Notes under the pieces: model-generated
What the model saw: only the letters and a program-made list of their open reading frames with translations
What the model was told of the DNA's origin: nothing
Databases searched by the model: none
Shown: positions 23,082 to 33,415 of the stretch, in pieces
How positions within the stretch are numbered: the stretch's first letter is position 1
How the letters are laid out: each line of letters starts with the position of its first letter
Assembly (NCBI RefSeq): GCF_049075655.1
Contig: NZ_CP157522.1
Span: 960,001-1,024,000, forward strand
From: Methanothermococcus sp. Ax23
GTDB lineage: Archaea > AGJL01 > Methanococci > Methanococcales > Methanococcaceae
DNA: 64,000 nt
Reading direction: 5' to 3'
Made by a program: the position numbers and the translations under genes

Positions 23082-24179
23082 ATGACTAAATTAAAACCCC
23101 TTAATCCTGATAAAAGGGATGCTAAAATTAATATTAATAAAGTTAATACAGCTACAAATAATATAAATTGTAATAAGACACACTCTCCAAACAGAAATAT
23201 TGCTAATAATGTTATTGATAAACATGTCATCGATAAAATTTATTTGGATGGTTTTCCAATAGCACAATATGGATTATATATGAAAAAGGCAAAACCTTAT
23301 AGAACTTTTAAAATACCTGTTGATGCAGGATTTTCATGTCCAAATAAGGACGGCACTATCGATACAAAAGGCTGTATATTTTGCCCAAAGATGGGCAGAC
23401 CCATAAGTGTAAAATACTGTAATGTGAAATACTCATTAAAGGAACAAATTGAAAAACAAATTGAAAAACAGAAAGGCAAAGGCATTGAGAAATTTTATAT
23501 ATATTTTTATCCTGGAACAAATACCCACGGAACTCCTGAAAAACTAAAAGAGCTCTGGGATTTTGCACTATCCTATCCTGATGTAATTGGGCTATCTATT
23601 GGAACTAGACCTGACTGTCTTGAAGATGAAAAATTGGATATTTTGGAAGATTATGTAAAAGAAGGTTATGAAATATGGATTGATTTAGGAATCCAAACTA
23701 TGCATCAGAGAACATTGAACTTTTTGAACAGAAAGCACAAGGTTTCAGACACTGTAAGGGCAATATTGAACTGTAAAAAAAGGGGCATTTTTGTGTGCGG
23801 TCATATTATTTTGGGGCTCCCCAATGAAACATGGGACGATATGATGAAAACTGCCCAAATTTTATCTAAACTGGAAATTGATGCACTTAAAATATATCCA
23901 TTAGTTGTAATCCAAAATACAGAATTGGAAAATCTTTATTGGAAAGGAGAATATAAAACCCTTGACGAAAAACAATACATAAAACTTGTATGTGATTTTT
24001 TAGAGCATTTATCTCCTTATGTGCTTATTCAAAGGGTGTCAAAAGATAAAACTCCCGACGAAATAAAAATATCTCCCGAATGGAGATTACATAGGTTAAG
24101 GATATTAAATGAGATTTCCAATGAATTAAAGAGAAGAAATACAAAGCAGGGTATATATCATAAGGATAAAATTAACTAA
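23082..24179 (+). CDS. radical SAM protein (YhcC/TIGR01212-like)
   Basis: GFSCPNKDG....GCIFC cluster motif, IGTRPDC. Confidence 0.88.
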   Translation: MTKLKPLNPDKRDAKININKVNTATNNINCNKTHSPNRNIANNVIDKHVIDKIYLDGFPIAQYGLYMKKAKPYRTFKIPVDAGFSCPNKDGTIDTKGCIFCPKMGRPISVKYCNVKYSLKEQIEKQIEKQKGKGIEKFYIYFYPGTNTHGTPEKLKELWDFALSYPDVIGLSIGTRPDCLEDEKLDILEDYVKEGYEIWIDLGIQTMHQRTLNFLNRKHKVSDTVRAILNCKKRGIFVCGHIILGLPNETWDDMMKTAQILSKLEIDALKIYPLVVIQNTELENLYWKGEYKTLDEKQYIKLVCDFLEHLSPYVLIQRVSKDKTPDEIKISPEWRLHRLRILNEISNELKRRNTKQGIYHKDKIN

Positions 24180-24197
24180 AACTGATAGCGTGATTTT

Positions 24198-24782
24198 ATG
24201 AAGTTTGAAGTGGTAATCACATCTGGAAAAAATAACCGAGCTCCGATAGGAGTATTTATAAAAGATACAAAAAAGGATAAAATTGACAATAACAAGGAGA
24301 TTATACTGCATCTCTATGAAGGTTCCCATACCTACGATAATTTAAAAAATGAAGATTATTTTATAATAAACATATGTTCCCCCTATTTAATAGCTGAATC
24401 AGTTTTGGATGATAATGGAAATTATGAATATTTTGACTACAACAATCATTCAATACCCTACTTGAAAGATTCCTACAAAATATGTTTAGCAAAAATAAAT
24501 GATAGAAAAATCATAGAATCTAAAAATGAGTATGGGAGCTCTAAACTTATGATTGTTGAGGGAACCATAATTTCAGAAAAAGAATTAAAATCTCCCTCAT
24601 TTGAGCCATATAATAGGGCAGAAGGTCTTATTGTGGAGATGGCAGTATTGTATTCGCGGTTAAATATTGTAGATGATGAGAAAAGAAAAAAAATTAAAGA
24701 AGAGATGGAAAATTATTTTAAAACCATCAAAAAAGTAGGGTCTAAAAAATACATTGAGTTGGGAAAAAAATTTTTAGAGTGA
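24198..24782 (+). CDS. DUF447-like protein
   Basis: E.V.T..N.APIG, LYEGSHT..N, YNRA...VE.AV..SR. Confidence 0.75.
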   Translation: MKFEVVITSGKNNRAPIGVFIKDTKKDKIDNNKEIILHLYEGSHTYDNLKNEDYFIINICSPYLIAESVLDDNGNYEYFDYNNHSIPYLKDSYKICLAKINDRKIIESKNEYGSSKLMIVEGTIISEKELKSPSFEPYNRAEGLIVEMAVLYSRLNIVDDEKRKKIKEEMENYFKTIKKVGSKKYIELGKKFLE

Positions 24783-24797
24783 ATTTTATTTTTAATA

Positions 24798-25364
24798 TTA
24801 TTCATTTATCAATCCACAAACCCTACAAAAATTCTTTAATAATTCAGAACCACATTCTGTATGGGATACTTCTGGATGAAACTGCACGCCGTATATTGGT
24901 TTTTCCTTATGTTTTATGGATTCCACATCGCAAATGTCAGAATATGCGAGAATCTCGAAACATTCAGGGACTTTTTTAACCTCGTCCTTGTGGGATGCCC
25001 ATGCAGTGAATTCTTTTGGCATATTTTTGAATAAGTCATTTTCATTTTTAACATATATCTTTGTATGGGCATATTCTTCTGATTCTGCTCTTCCAACCTC
25101 TCCACCATAAGCCCGAGCTATTAACTGATGACCTAAACAAATGCCCAATATTGGGAGTTTTGAATTTAAAGCAATATCCATACAGTTTGATGCTTTTTCA
25201 ATATCTGGACCGCCACTTAATATTATGCCTTTTATCTCCTCATTTCCTTCAATTTCTTTTAATGGTGTGTCATTTGGAATTATTTTTGAAGCTATGCCTA
25301 AATATCTCAAACTCCTATGTATTCTATGAACATACTGACCGCCGTTGTTAAGAATTACAATCAT
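24798..25364 (-). CDS. guaAA: GMP synthase glutamine amidotransferase subunit A
   Basis: NGGQYVHRI, GICLGHQ, QFHPEV. Confidence 0.93.
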   Translation of the reverse strand: MIVILNNGGQYVHRIHRSLRYLGIASKIIPNDTPLKEIEGNEEIKGIILSGGPDIEKASNCMDIALNSKLPILGICLGHQLIARAYGGEVGRAESEEYAHTKIYVKNENDLFKNMPKEFTAWASHKDEVKKVPECFEILAYSDICDVESIKHKEKPIYGVQFHPEVSHTECGSELLKNFCRVCGLINE

Positions 25365-25425
25365 GAAATCACCGTTCATTTATACTTGCGATAATAAATA
25401 ATATTGATATTATGTTTTTTATTTA

Positions 25426-26367
25426 TTATTTCTTTGTTATGATTTTTGCCCCATTTTCAGTAATTAAAACTGTATGTTCCGACTGGCTCACCATACCGCG
25501 GTTTTTCTCAATTAATGATGGGTATCCATAGAGACAACCTGAGCTCATCAAATTTCTCAATCCTGCCTTGTATTTTGGGTCCTCATTTGCGAGCCATCTC
25601 TCTGCAAATGGTAGATATGGGTATTTTTTTTCAATAATTTTTAATATTTTCCTTGCAGAAGGTAATCTGACCGGTCTTGATGTTATATATTTAAAGATAT
25701 ATTTTTCACTTCCATCTACAACCTGTCCAAATCCATCTGTTGCAAAAGGCTCTATTGCCACAATATCCCCAACATCAATGTAATCTTTTGATTTCTCCTT
25801 TATATTGGGAATGCTTATTCCAGAATGTAAAACATACTGTTCCATAACATGTCCAGATAGGTTTGATATTGGTTTGTATCCATAACTTTCAATTACTTCT
25901 TGGATAATTGCCCCCATATCTCCAATATTCATTGGTGGCACAATTTCCTTAATTACGGTATGGAGTGCATCCTCTGACGCCTTTTTTAAATCATTGTAGG
26001 AGCTCGACAAATCAATAGTTATGGCACCGTCTGCTATGTATCCATCAACATGAACTCCAACATCTAACTTTACAACATCATTTTCAGAGAATGCCTTTTC
26101 ATCCCCATAAAAGGGCGTATAATGTGCTGCAATATCATTTATTGATATGTTGCAAGGAAATGCAACTTCTCCTCCGAGCTCTCGGGTTCTGTTTTCAATA
26201 TATTCTGCTACATCGTAAAGTTTAGTATCAGGTTTTATAAGCTTTACGGCTTCTTCCATTATTTCAGCATGGATTTTTCCAGCTTTTGTTAGTTTTTTAA
26301 CCATGTTGGTTTCTTCATCCTTTCCTTCTTCCATCTTATTTTTTTTAGTTATGTCTTCAATTGTCAT
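25426..26367 (-). CDS. map: methionine aminopeptidase type II
   Basis: AFPCNISIN..AAHYTP, DVGVHVDGYIAD, AIEPFAT, SQSEHT. Confidence 0.96.
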   Translation of the reverse strand: MTIEDITKKNKMEEGKDEETNMVKKLTKAGKIHAEIMEEAVKLIKPDTKLYDVAEYIENRTRELGGEVAFPCNISINDIAAHYTPFYGDEKAFSENDVVKLDVGVHVDGYIADGAITIDLSSSYNDLKKASEDALHTVIKEIVPPMNIGDMGAIIQEVIESYGYKPISNLSGHVMEQYVLHSGISIPNIKEKSKDYIDVGDIVAIEPFATDGFGQVVDGSEKYIFKYITSRPVRLPSARKILKIIEKKYPYLPFAERWLANEDPKYKAGLRNLMSSGCLYGYPSLIEKNRGMVSQSEHTVLITENGAKIITKK

Positions 26368-26443
26368 TATATCCCATTTTTAATTTATTTTTTATTTTTT
26401 TATTTATTTTATTTTTATTTATTTATCCAATGTCGGCGGGAAG

Positions 26444-26490
26444 TTTGATAAATTCCTTCGGAATTTATAAATGTCTTCGCTATCGCTCAG
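26444..26490 (+). repeat. double-hairpin short repeat nested in the left end of the element
   Basis: ATAAATTCC-TTC-GGAATTTAT then ATGTCT-TCGCTATCGCTC-AGACAT. Confidence 0.75.
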
Positions 26491-26517
26491 ACATCCCCTT
26501 CCGTAAGGTGGAGATGA

Positions 26518-26568
26518 GATCAGATGAAATGCTTCGCATTTCATTACTTTCCTTCGCTATCGCTCGGA
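26518..26568 (+). repeat. double-hairpin short repeat, second nested copy
   Basis: ATGAAATGC-TTC-GCATTTCAT then TTTCC-TTCGCTATCGCTC-GGAAA. Confidence 0.75.
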
Positions 26569-26778
26569 AATCCGACGAAAAATATAAATATTATGGCATA
26601 ATAAAATAGATATATAAATGGGCGAAAACCAAGCCCATTCTACACTATTTCCATACACCTGCGGAAGGCGGGGGTGAGCCTGTGGAGAAGTGAGCCCCTA
26701 CCTAGGTAGTTAATAACTACTGATGATGGCAAGCTCGTTCAGTGAAGCAGGAAGCCCCTTCCGTAAGGAAGGGGTACT

Positions 26779-27879
26779 TCACGTTCTTTTAATTACAATC
26801 GTAAGGATATCTCCATCTTCCAATACATGATTAAGCCCTACCCTTTGACCAGGATGTTTTGCAGATTTTCCCCATACTTGGGCATATCTAAAATTCTTTA
26901 CAAAATCTCTGTGAAGTTTATTACATACATCTTCAACAGTAGAACCTCTTAAAATAATAAGTGGTTCGTCAAGGTCTGGTTTTTTACCCTGTGGTTTTAA
27001 ATAAACCTTCATAAATCCAAGGGTATTAAAAATTTGTTCTTTTAATTCTTCAATATTAATATTTTTATGCCCTGAAACAAGAATGTGCGGTCTATCCTTC
27101 AAAACTTCTTCAATTCTCTTAATATGCTCTTCATCAGCTAAATCTATCTTATTCACAATAACAAGGGATGGGATATACACTCTGTTTGCACTAATCACAT
27201 CTATAAATTGGTCTGTTGTGATATCATCCCTTATTACGATATCTGCGTTGTGTATCCTATGCTCATGTAAAATTGCTACAATCGTTTCTTCATCTATGTT
27301 TGTTAAAGGAACTGTGGTGTTTATATTAATTCCACCCCTATCCTTTTTTACAATCTTAACATCTGGTGGTCTTTGGTCTAATCTAATGCCAACATTGTAG
27401 AGCTCCCTTTCAATCACTGGGATGTGCTCAGGTGAGAACACATCAACAACAAGCATCACTAAATCCACATTTCTAATGGCGGCTAATACCTCACTACCTC
27501 TACCTTTTCCAAATGATGCACCAGTAATAATCCCTGGAGCATCTAATACCTGTATTTTTGCCCCCCTATACTCTAAAATTCCTGGAATTATTGTTAATGT
27601 TGTGAAAGCATATGCTCCAACTTCTGAGTTGGCATTTGTAAGTTTATTTAAAAGTGTAGATTTACCTACTGATGGAAATCCTACAAAAGCAACTGTGGCA
27701 TCCCCTGTTTTTTTAACCGCGTAGGAGTATCCTGTCCCTGTGCTTTTTGGTTTATTTTGCATATCTCTTAATTTTGCAAGTTTCGCCTTCAATATCCCGA
27801 TATGTTTTTGAGTAGCCTTATTATACTGTGTATTTTTTATTTCGTCTTCTAATCTTTTAATTTCTTCTTGAATCCCCAT
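26779..27879 (-). CDS. drg: DRG/OBG-family GTP-binding protein with TGS domain
   Basis: QYNKATQKHIG, GFPSVGKST, YAFTTL, GKSAKHPGQRVG. Confidence 0.93.
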   Translation of the reverse strand: MGIQEEIKRLEDEIKNTQYNKATQKHIGILKAKLAKLRDMQNKPKSTGTGYSYAVKKTGDATVAFVGFPSVGKSTLLNKLTNANSEVGAYAFTTLTIIPGILEYRGAKIQVLDAPGIITGASFGKGRGSEVLAAIRNVDLVMLVVDVFSPEHIPVIERELYNVGIRLDQRPPDVKIVKKDRGGININTTVPLTNIDEETIVAILHEHRIHNADIVIRDDITTDQFIDVISANRVYIPSLVIVNKIDLADEEHIKRIEEVLKDRPHILVSGHKNINIEELKEQIFNTLGFMKVYLKPQGKKPDLDEPLIILRGSTVEDVCNKLHRDFVKNFRYAQVWGKSAKHPGQRVGLNHVLEDGDILTIVIKRT

Positions 27880-27985
27880 AATTTCACCAAATTTAATACA
27901 TTATATTTTTTATAAATTTTAAATTATATTATATTTTAAATTTCATTATGATTCATATTTGAAAATATAAAAAATCTATGATACT

Positions 27986-28012
27986 AAATACCCTCGCTTT
28001 GCTCAGGATATT
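27986..28012 (+). repeat. degenerate copy of the double-hairpin repeat (second hairpin only)
   Basis: AATACCCT-CGCTTTGCTC-AGGATATT. Confidence 0.45.
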
Positions 28013-28067
28013 GTAAAACATGTTTAAATTTAAATAAAAAAATATTAAAAAAAGAAATAAAGTGATA

Positions 28068-28358
28068 TTATTCATTAATCATCTCATCCATTGTAGATAT
28101 TATGTCTTTAACTTTTGGATTTACTATATAATAGTGATTCCATGTTCCTTCTTTTCTAGCTTTTATTATGCCAGATTTTTTTAATATATTTAAATGATGG
28201 GATATGGTTGGTTGAGGCTTTTTTAATTCATCTATTATATTACACACACACATGCTATCATTTTCACTTAATAATCTCAATATCATTAATCTTGTTGGGT
28301 CAGCAAATGCTTTGAAAATTTCTGCCATGTTTTCATATTTGCTTTCATCTACAACCAT
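28068..28358 (-). CDS. ArsR/SmtB family transcriptional regulator
   Basis: FKAFADPTRL, CVC, QPTISHHL..LK. Confidence 0.92.
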   Translation of the reverse strand: MVVDESKYENMAEIFKAFADPTRLMILRLLSENDSMCVCNIIDELKKPQPTISHHLNILKKSGIIKARKEGTWNHYYIVNPKVKDIISTMDEMINE

Positions 28359-28609
28359 TTTATCACCAAAAAAGCCATTTATAATTTTATTTTGTAAAAT
28401 ATATAAAATATATTATTGTTGCCATGTTAATACAATGCTAAAATTAAAAGATTATTGTAATAATATGTTTCATAATATTTATATATTTTTCAATATTTAT
28501 ATTTAATTACGTTAGTGATTACATATTATAATTGTTTGTATATAATATTTATGAATGATGATTTTTGATAACGATTTTTATGTGTGGGCAATATAAAATA
28601 AGGTGATAA

Positions 28610-29302
28610 TTAAAACTCTTTAATTTTTATAGATATATTTTTTGGGTCATCTACGCCTTTTAACGAGCTTATTATACCTTTTAACGTGTTTTTAATTATG
28701 ATTGAAACAAATGGATTCATAGGAATGGTTTTTCCATTAACTACCATTTCCACTCCTTTTGATATCACACACTGGTCCCATTTTAGTTCTCCACTAATGA
28801 CTTTTTCTACAAACGTTTTACAGTTATGTCCACAATGACCGCAATTTAGGTTGTATGTTGGAACTATACTTTTTTCAAGCACTTTTTCTATAACTTCGTC
28901 AATATCATATTCATAGTCTTTAACTACCATAATAGTTTGAGAATCTCGGAGCTCCGACCCTTCATCTCCTTTAACCATAAGTATCTTTGGAATATTTAAT
29001 TCTTTTAACTGCTCTTTAAATCCTTCCACTATAACAATCTCATTATCTAATTTGGAAAGTATCTCATATAAGCTCATTTTATTGTAAAAAAATGTAGTTT
29101 TATTACTATCTGATAGAACAGATATATCTGAATAATGTTTGAACTTGTAGGAATCTGTTCCTTCTTTATCAACTTCAACATCATGAAAACTATGTTTTAT
29201 GGATGCAACACTAATGTTCATCTCTTTTAATTTCTTTAAAATATCGCATATAAGCGTAGTTTTCCCGGATTTTTTTGGACCGATTACTCCAATAACTCTC
29301 AT
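28610..29302 (-). CDS. mobB: molybdopterin-guanine dinucleotide biosynthesis protein B
   Basis: GPKKSGKTT, IKH..H..EVD.EG.DS, VEGFK, C-terminal NCGHCG..C Fe-S motif. Confidence 0.88.
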   Translation of the reverse strand: MRVIGVIGPKKSGKTTLICDILKKLKEMNISVASIKHSFHDVEVDKEGTDSYKFKHYSDISVLSDSNKTTFFYNKMSLYEILSKLDNEIVIVEGFKEQLKELNIPKILMVKGDEGSELRDSQTIMVVKDYEYDIDEVIEKVLEKSIVPTYNLNCGHCGHNCKTFVEKVISGELKWDQCVISKGVEMVVNGKTIPMNPFVSIIIKNTLKGIISSLKGVDDPKNISIKIKEF

Positions 29303-29487
29303 AATATCACATCATAGTATTAGCAATATTCATTTAACAATATTAATATATAAAGTTTTTTAATATAAATTATTGATACATAATCATAAAATAAAAATAA
29401 ATGACATAAAAAACATAAATAAAAGAAATAAAAAAATAATCAAAAGATAAAATAGAAAAATTAAAAATAATATGTTTGGGTTAAAGT

Positions 29488-30105
29488 ATGATATATATTG
29501 TAGGAATAGGTCCGGGGGATAAAAAATATTTAACATTAAATGCAATCGAAACTGTGGAGAGCTCAGATATTGTAGCAGGTAGTGGCAGAGCATTGGAGTT
29601 ATTTAACATCGAAGAACATAAAAAATATATATTAACAAAAAATTTGATTGAGGAGTTAAAAAACTTAGTCATGAATAATAAAGATAAAAACATTGCAATA
29701 TTGTCCACAGGAGACCCGTGTTTTAGTGGATTGTTGAAAACAGTTTTAAAATATAATATTGCAAAAAGGGATGATATTCAGGTAGTTTCAGGCATATCCT
29801 CTATTCAGGTTGTAGCATCCAAGCTTAAAATCTCATGGGAAGATTACCATATATTGACGCTTCATGGAAAGGAGGAAAATAGAAAAATCCTTCTGGATTT
29901 AATAAAAAATAACGAAAAAGTAATATTTCTGCCAAGTAACCTAAAAGAAGATGTAAAATATTTAATAGACAATGGTATAAGCCCCAATAAAAAAATAATA
30001 GTTTGTGAAAACCTCACATACAAAAACGAAAGAATAATAAATGATGAATTAAAGAATATAATAAGTATGGATTTTTCATACCTGTGTGTTTGTGTTATGG
30101 AATAG
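29488..30105 (+). CDS. cbiE: cobalt-precorrin-7 C5-methyltransferase
   Basis: IVGIGPG, LSTGDPCFSG, GISS.Q, CENL.Y.NERI. Confidence 0.88.
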   Translation: MIYIVGIGPGDKKYLTLNAIETVESSDIVAGSGRALELFNIEEHKKYILTKNLIEELKNLVMNNKDKNIAILSTGDPCFSGLLKTVLKYNIAKRDDIQVVSGISSIQVVASKLKISWEDYHILTLHGKEENRKILLDLIKNNEKVIFLPSNLKEDVKYLIDNGISPNKKIIVCENLTYKNERIINDELKNIISMDFSYLCVCVME

Positions 30106-30121
30106 TATATTTGGTGATTAT

Positions 30122-31105
30122 ATGGAAAATATAAAGAAAATCAAAAAAGATTTTCTAAATACCTCGTCGATTTCAAGGATAAAAATAATAGTGATGCTCG
30201 GGATTTTATCTTTTCTAATGTGTTCAGTTAATGCCACAGAAGTTGCAAAGATTGTAGATAATAGTCCATATCCTGAGTTTGTATATGTTGATAATTCCAT
30301 AGTGTCAGAAGTTATCAGCCAAAATTCTGGAAAAAATATTCCTTCATTTTTCTTTTATTTTATAGATGGGGTGTATCTCAACCCAAATAATCCAAATGAG
30401 ATTGCTATAAAAACTCCATTATGGTTTATAGGAAAACTGTTTAAATCTGATGAAATTAATCCTGAAAATGGATATATTTTCCTAAATTCCAAATATGTGG
30501 GAAAGCCTGACAATAAATGGGTGGATTATATTACACCAAGTGATGTAATAATATATACCAATGAAACTGCAATATGTGCAAGAACTTATGATAAATATAC
30601 TGATGTGGATATAATAATGTATAATAATGAAACTTTGAAGCAATTAATAGGTGGATTAAAAAGTATCAATGGTATAAAGGTTATAAAATCCAGTGCTGAA
30701 ACTAAAAACAATATGTTAATTGGCAAATTAAGATTGGATGCTAACATAGATAAATTTATGAATATGAATGAATTCAATCCAAACTATGTTCCAATCAAAG
30801 TTGAAGTCAATGGATGGAATAAAAAAGACCAAAATACCTATACCAAAGGATATGATACCATAATATTATACAAATTGCCAGTGGATAAGGAAACTATAAA
30901 AAATATAGTTAAAGAACAGACGAAAAATCAAAATCTGAAAAAATTAAAGGACAGTTCATACAACGGATGGGATGTTGAAGAATATTCCTATAACAATATA
31001 GGAAGCCAATATATCTGTTGCAAAGAATTTGAATATGGCTCCGTATGTGTAATCACAAACAAATTGAAAAATCTTGATGATATAATAATCTCTGAAACCA
31101 AATAA
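30122..31105 (+). CDS. hypothetical exported protein
   Basis: Long ORF with GGTGA RBS; signal-peptide-like [17 protein letters not shown]; no recognised family. Confidence 0.65.
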   Translation: MENIKKIKKDFLNTSSISRIKIIVMLGILSFLMCSVNATEVAKIVDNSPYPEFVYVDNSIVSEVISQNSGKNIPSFFFYFIDGVYLNPNNPNEIAIKTPLWFIGKLFKSDEINPENGYIFLNSKYVGKPDNKWVDYITPSDVIIYTNETAICARTYDKYTDVDIIMYNNETLKQLIGGLKSINGIKVIKSSAETKNNMLIGKLRLDANIDKFMNMNEFNPNYVPIKVEVNGWNKKDQNTYTKGYDTIILYKLPVDKETIKNIVKEQTKNQNLKKLKDSSYNGWDVEEYSYNNIGSQYICCKEFEYGSVCVITNKLKNLDDIIISETK

Positions 31106-31121
31106 AAAGTTGGTGATTTCG

Positions 31122-31424
31122 ATGGACATAACTCAATTTTTGCCCGATTTGGGAACCGGATTTATAAGTGGGGCAATTATAGGATGGGGCATAAAGAAAG
31201 CCATAAAACTAGTTGCTGCATTAGTGGGGCTTTATTTTTTAAGCCTCCTGTATTTGGCAAAACTTGGTGTGATATCAATAAACAAAGAAGCATTCACAGG
31301 ATTGCTGGGCAATTTTGAGTCTTCTATTGTAGCATATGGTAGCCAGGCTGCTGGATTGATTCATTCTGCATCTTTGGGAGCAGGATTTGCGACTGGATTT
31401 GCACTGGGATTTAAGAAGGGATAA
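31122..31424 (+). CDS. FUN14-like small membrane protein
   Basis: [29 protein letters not shown]. Confidence 0.8.
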   Translation: MDITQFLPDLGTGFISGAIIGWGIKKAIKLVAALVGLYFLSLLYLAKLGVISINKEAFTGLLGNFESSIVAYGSQAAGLIHSASLGAGFATGFALGFKKG

Positions 31425-31546
31425 TTCTTGCAATATATCTTATTTTTTTATTCTTTATTCTTAGTTTTATTTTTTTCATCATATCATCATATATCACCAT
31501 ATATAATCATATATTATTTATTAAAAACCGAGTTATAAGTGAAATC

Positions 31547-32632
31547 ATGATAAAAGCAAGGTTAAGGGATTTTGTAGAAACAGAAATCGGATTTTTCGCA
31601 GTAAATACCTATGAACATCCAAAAGATAGGATTTTTGCTTTTTTAAGGTATTTAAACCTTGATGCAGTAGATGACGATGTAATAAATAAATACAATTTGA
31701 ATAGAAACGATATACGGCAGCAGATGAACGGAAAAAAATATATAAAAATAACAGATACGACGAAAACATACGGAATTTTAAAGGATTATTTTCCAGAATA
31801 TTTATTTTACGATGAAACAAAAGACATTACGATACATGCAGTTCCAAAGGAACATGTAATTAATATATTAAGCCCAAATGATAGACTAAACGAGATATTG
31901 GACGCACAAAATAATGAATTTGAAGAAAAATGTAAAAATTTAGCTGATAAACTTCACGATTATGGATTAAGCTATAAATACATGGGAGTTTCAGGTTCAA
32001 CAGTAATAAAATTAAACAATGAGAATTCAGATATTGATTTTGTAATATATGGAATGAAAAACCACAAAAAAGCAAGAAGTATTTTAAAAACTATTTTTGA
32101 GGAAAATGAAAAATATAGGTTAAACCATATTCATCCATTATCTGATGAGTTTTGGAAGAAGGCATACAATAAAAGAATAAAAGATGGAACTCTTTCCTAT
32201 GATGAATTTGTCTGGCATGAAAAAAGGAAATACAACAGAGGGGTGATAAATAACACAATGTTTGATTTACTTGCTACAAGAGATTGGAGTGAAATAAATT
32301 CAAAATACGGGGATTATAGCTATAAAAATTTAGGGTTTATTAAAATTGAATGTGATATAGTCGATGATGATTATATCTTTGATAATCCTGCAATTTACAA
32401 AATAGACAATGTTAAAATTGTTGATTTAGCTGAAAATAAATTGGAATTAAACTCTAAGGAGATTAAAGAAGTTGTCTCATTCACCCACACATACGCAGGA
32501 CAGGCATTTAATGGTGAAAAGGTAATTGTCAGAGGAAAATTGGAAGGTGTGAGCTCCCCTCATGGTGGCTATAAAAGAATCGTTGTGGGCACTTCAAGAG
32601 AGGCTTTTAATGAATATATTAAATTAATATAA
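31547..32632 (+). CDS. Pol-beta-type nucleotidyltransferase domain protein
   Basis: GVSGS......SDIDFVIYG; SFTHTYAGQ..GE...VRG; VGTSRE. Confidence 0.82.
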   Translation: MIKARLRDFVETEIGFFAVNTYEHPKDRIFAFLRYLNLDAVDDDVINKYNLNRNDIRQQMNGKKYIKITDTTKTYGILKDYFPEYLFYDETKDITIHAVPKEHVINILSPNDRLNEILDAQNNEFEEKCKNLADKLHDYGLSYKYMGVSGSTVIKLNNENSDIDFVIYGMKNHKKARSILKTIFEENEKYRLNHIHPLSDEFWKKAYNKRIKDGTLSYDEFVWHEKRKYNRGVINNTMFDLLATRDWSEINSKYGDYSYKNLGFIKIECDIVDDDYIFDNPAIYKIDNVKIVDLAENKLELNSKEIKEVVSFTHTYAGQAFNGEKVIVRGKLEGVSSPHGGYKRIVVGTSREAFNEYIKLI

Positions 32633-33047
32633 GGTTGATATTTTGGAGCTCCTAAACTTAAACTCTCTGGGAAAATTGGAAAAGGCAGAATTCATAAAAA
32701 GAGTAAATAGGTTTTTGGGTAAAATAGTAATAAATGGGCAGGAAAAAAGTTGCTATATTGCAGATACTGGTCGTCTTGAAGAAATACTAACAGAAGGTAG
32801 GGAAATATTGGTGGTAAAGAATAGAGAAGGGCTAAAAACGGATTATACATTAATTACTGTAAAAATGGGGAATGAACTGGTTTTAGTAAATACATCCCTA
32901 CACTCATCAATTGCATACAATGCCATAAAACAGGGTGTTCTTGGTTTCGTGCCAAAAACTATAAAAAAAGAGGTTAAATATAAAAATAGCCGTTTTGATT
33001 TTTTATTAGACAGTAAAACATTTGTGGAGTTAAAAGGCTGCAATCTT

Positions 33048-33415
33048 CTGACCTACTCCAACGAGTGAACTCGTTGGGTTCTCGCTTACGGTAGTAAGCG
33101 AGCAACGAAATCACGAAGTGATTTCGTCTAATTTTAGCAGGGTTTAACCCTACATGGGTGGCCAAGCCCACTACCCCTATCCCCGTTTAGGAGATTCAGG
33201 GCTACGCTGTATCACTAAGATTACTCTATCAAAACAAACCACGATACCAACCACTACCAGCGGTAGAGTTTTCACTAACCCTACCCATTAGAACTTGGAC
33301 TGGTAGCGTTACTTACTATTAATCTTCTCATATTTATATTTTACTACTTACTAGCCGATATAATGTCCGCCTCTCATCCAACGATTAAAATCGTTGGCTT
33401 TCTCGGCGGTTTATC
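33048..33415 (-). mobile_element. non-autonomous IS200/IS605-type mini-element with omega-RNA-like region
   Basis: Minus strand: target TTAC, left end AAAG + CCAACGATT/AATCGTTGG hairpin, right end GAAC + CCAACGAGT/ACTCGTTGG hairpin ending TCAG; no TSD; no credible protein gene. Confidence 0.9.
33081..33132 (-). repeat. double-hairpin short repeat nested at the right end of the element
   Basis: ACGAAATCAC-TTC-GTGATTTCGT then CTCGCTTAC-TACC-GTAAGCGAG; near-identical to 52383-52432. Confidence 0.8.

Larger units (their letters stand above)
26427..26782 (+). mobile_element. non-autonomous IS200/IS605-type mini-element (no tnpA/tnpB) with omega-RNA-like 3' region
   Basis: Follows TTTAT; left stem GTCGG..CCGAC; right end GAAGCAG-GAAG-CCCCTT-CCGTAAGG-AAGGGG-TACT-TCAC typical of tnpB right ends; no TSD; removal restores drg ACA-TAA. 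Confidence 0.85.

Noticed and set aside
26361-26609. 82-aa ORF here and 65-aa ORF at 32974-33171
   Set aside because: Chance ORFs across palindromic repeats; no transposase motifs.
33048-33415. Self-splicing intron or IStron in sfsA
   Set aside because: The element is antisense to sfsA, and I see no group I/II core or bulge-helix-bulge; the ends fit IS200/IS605.
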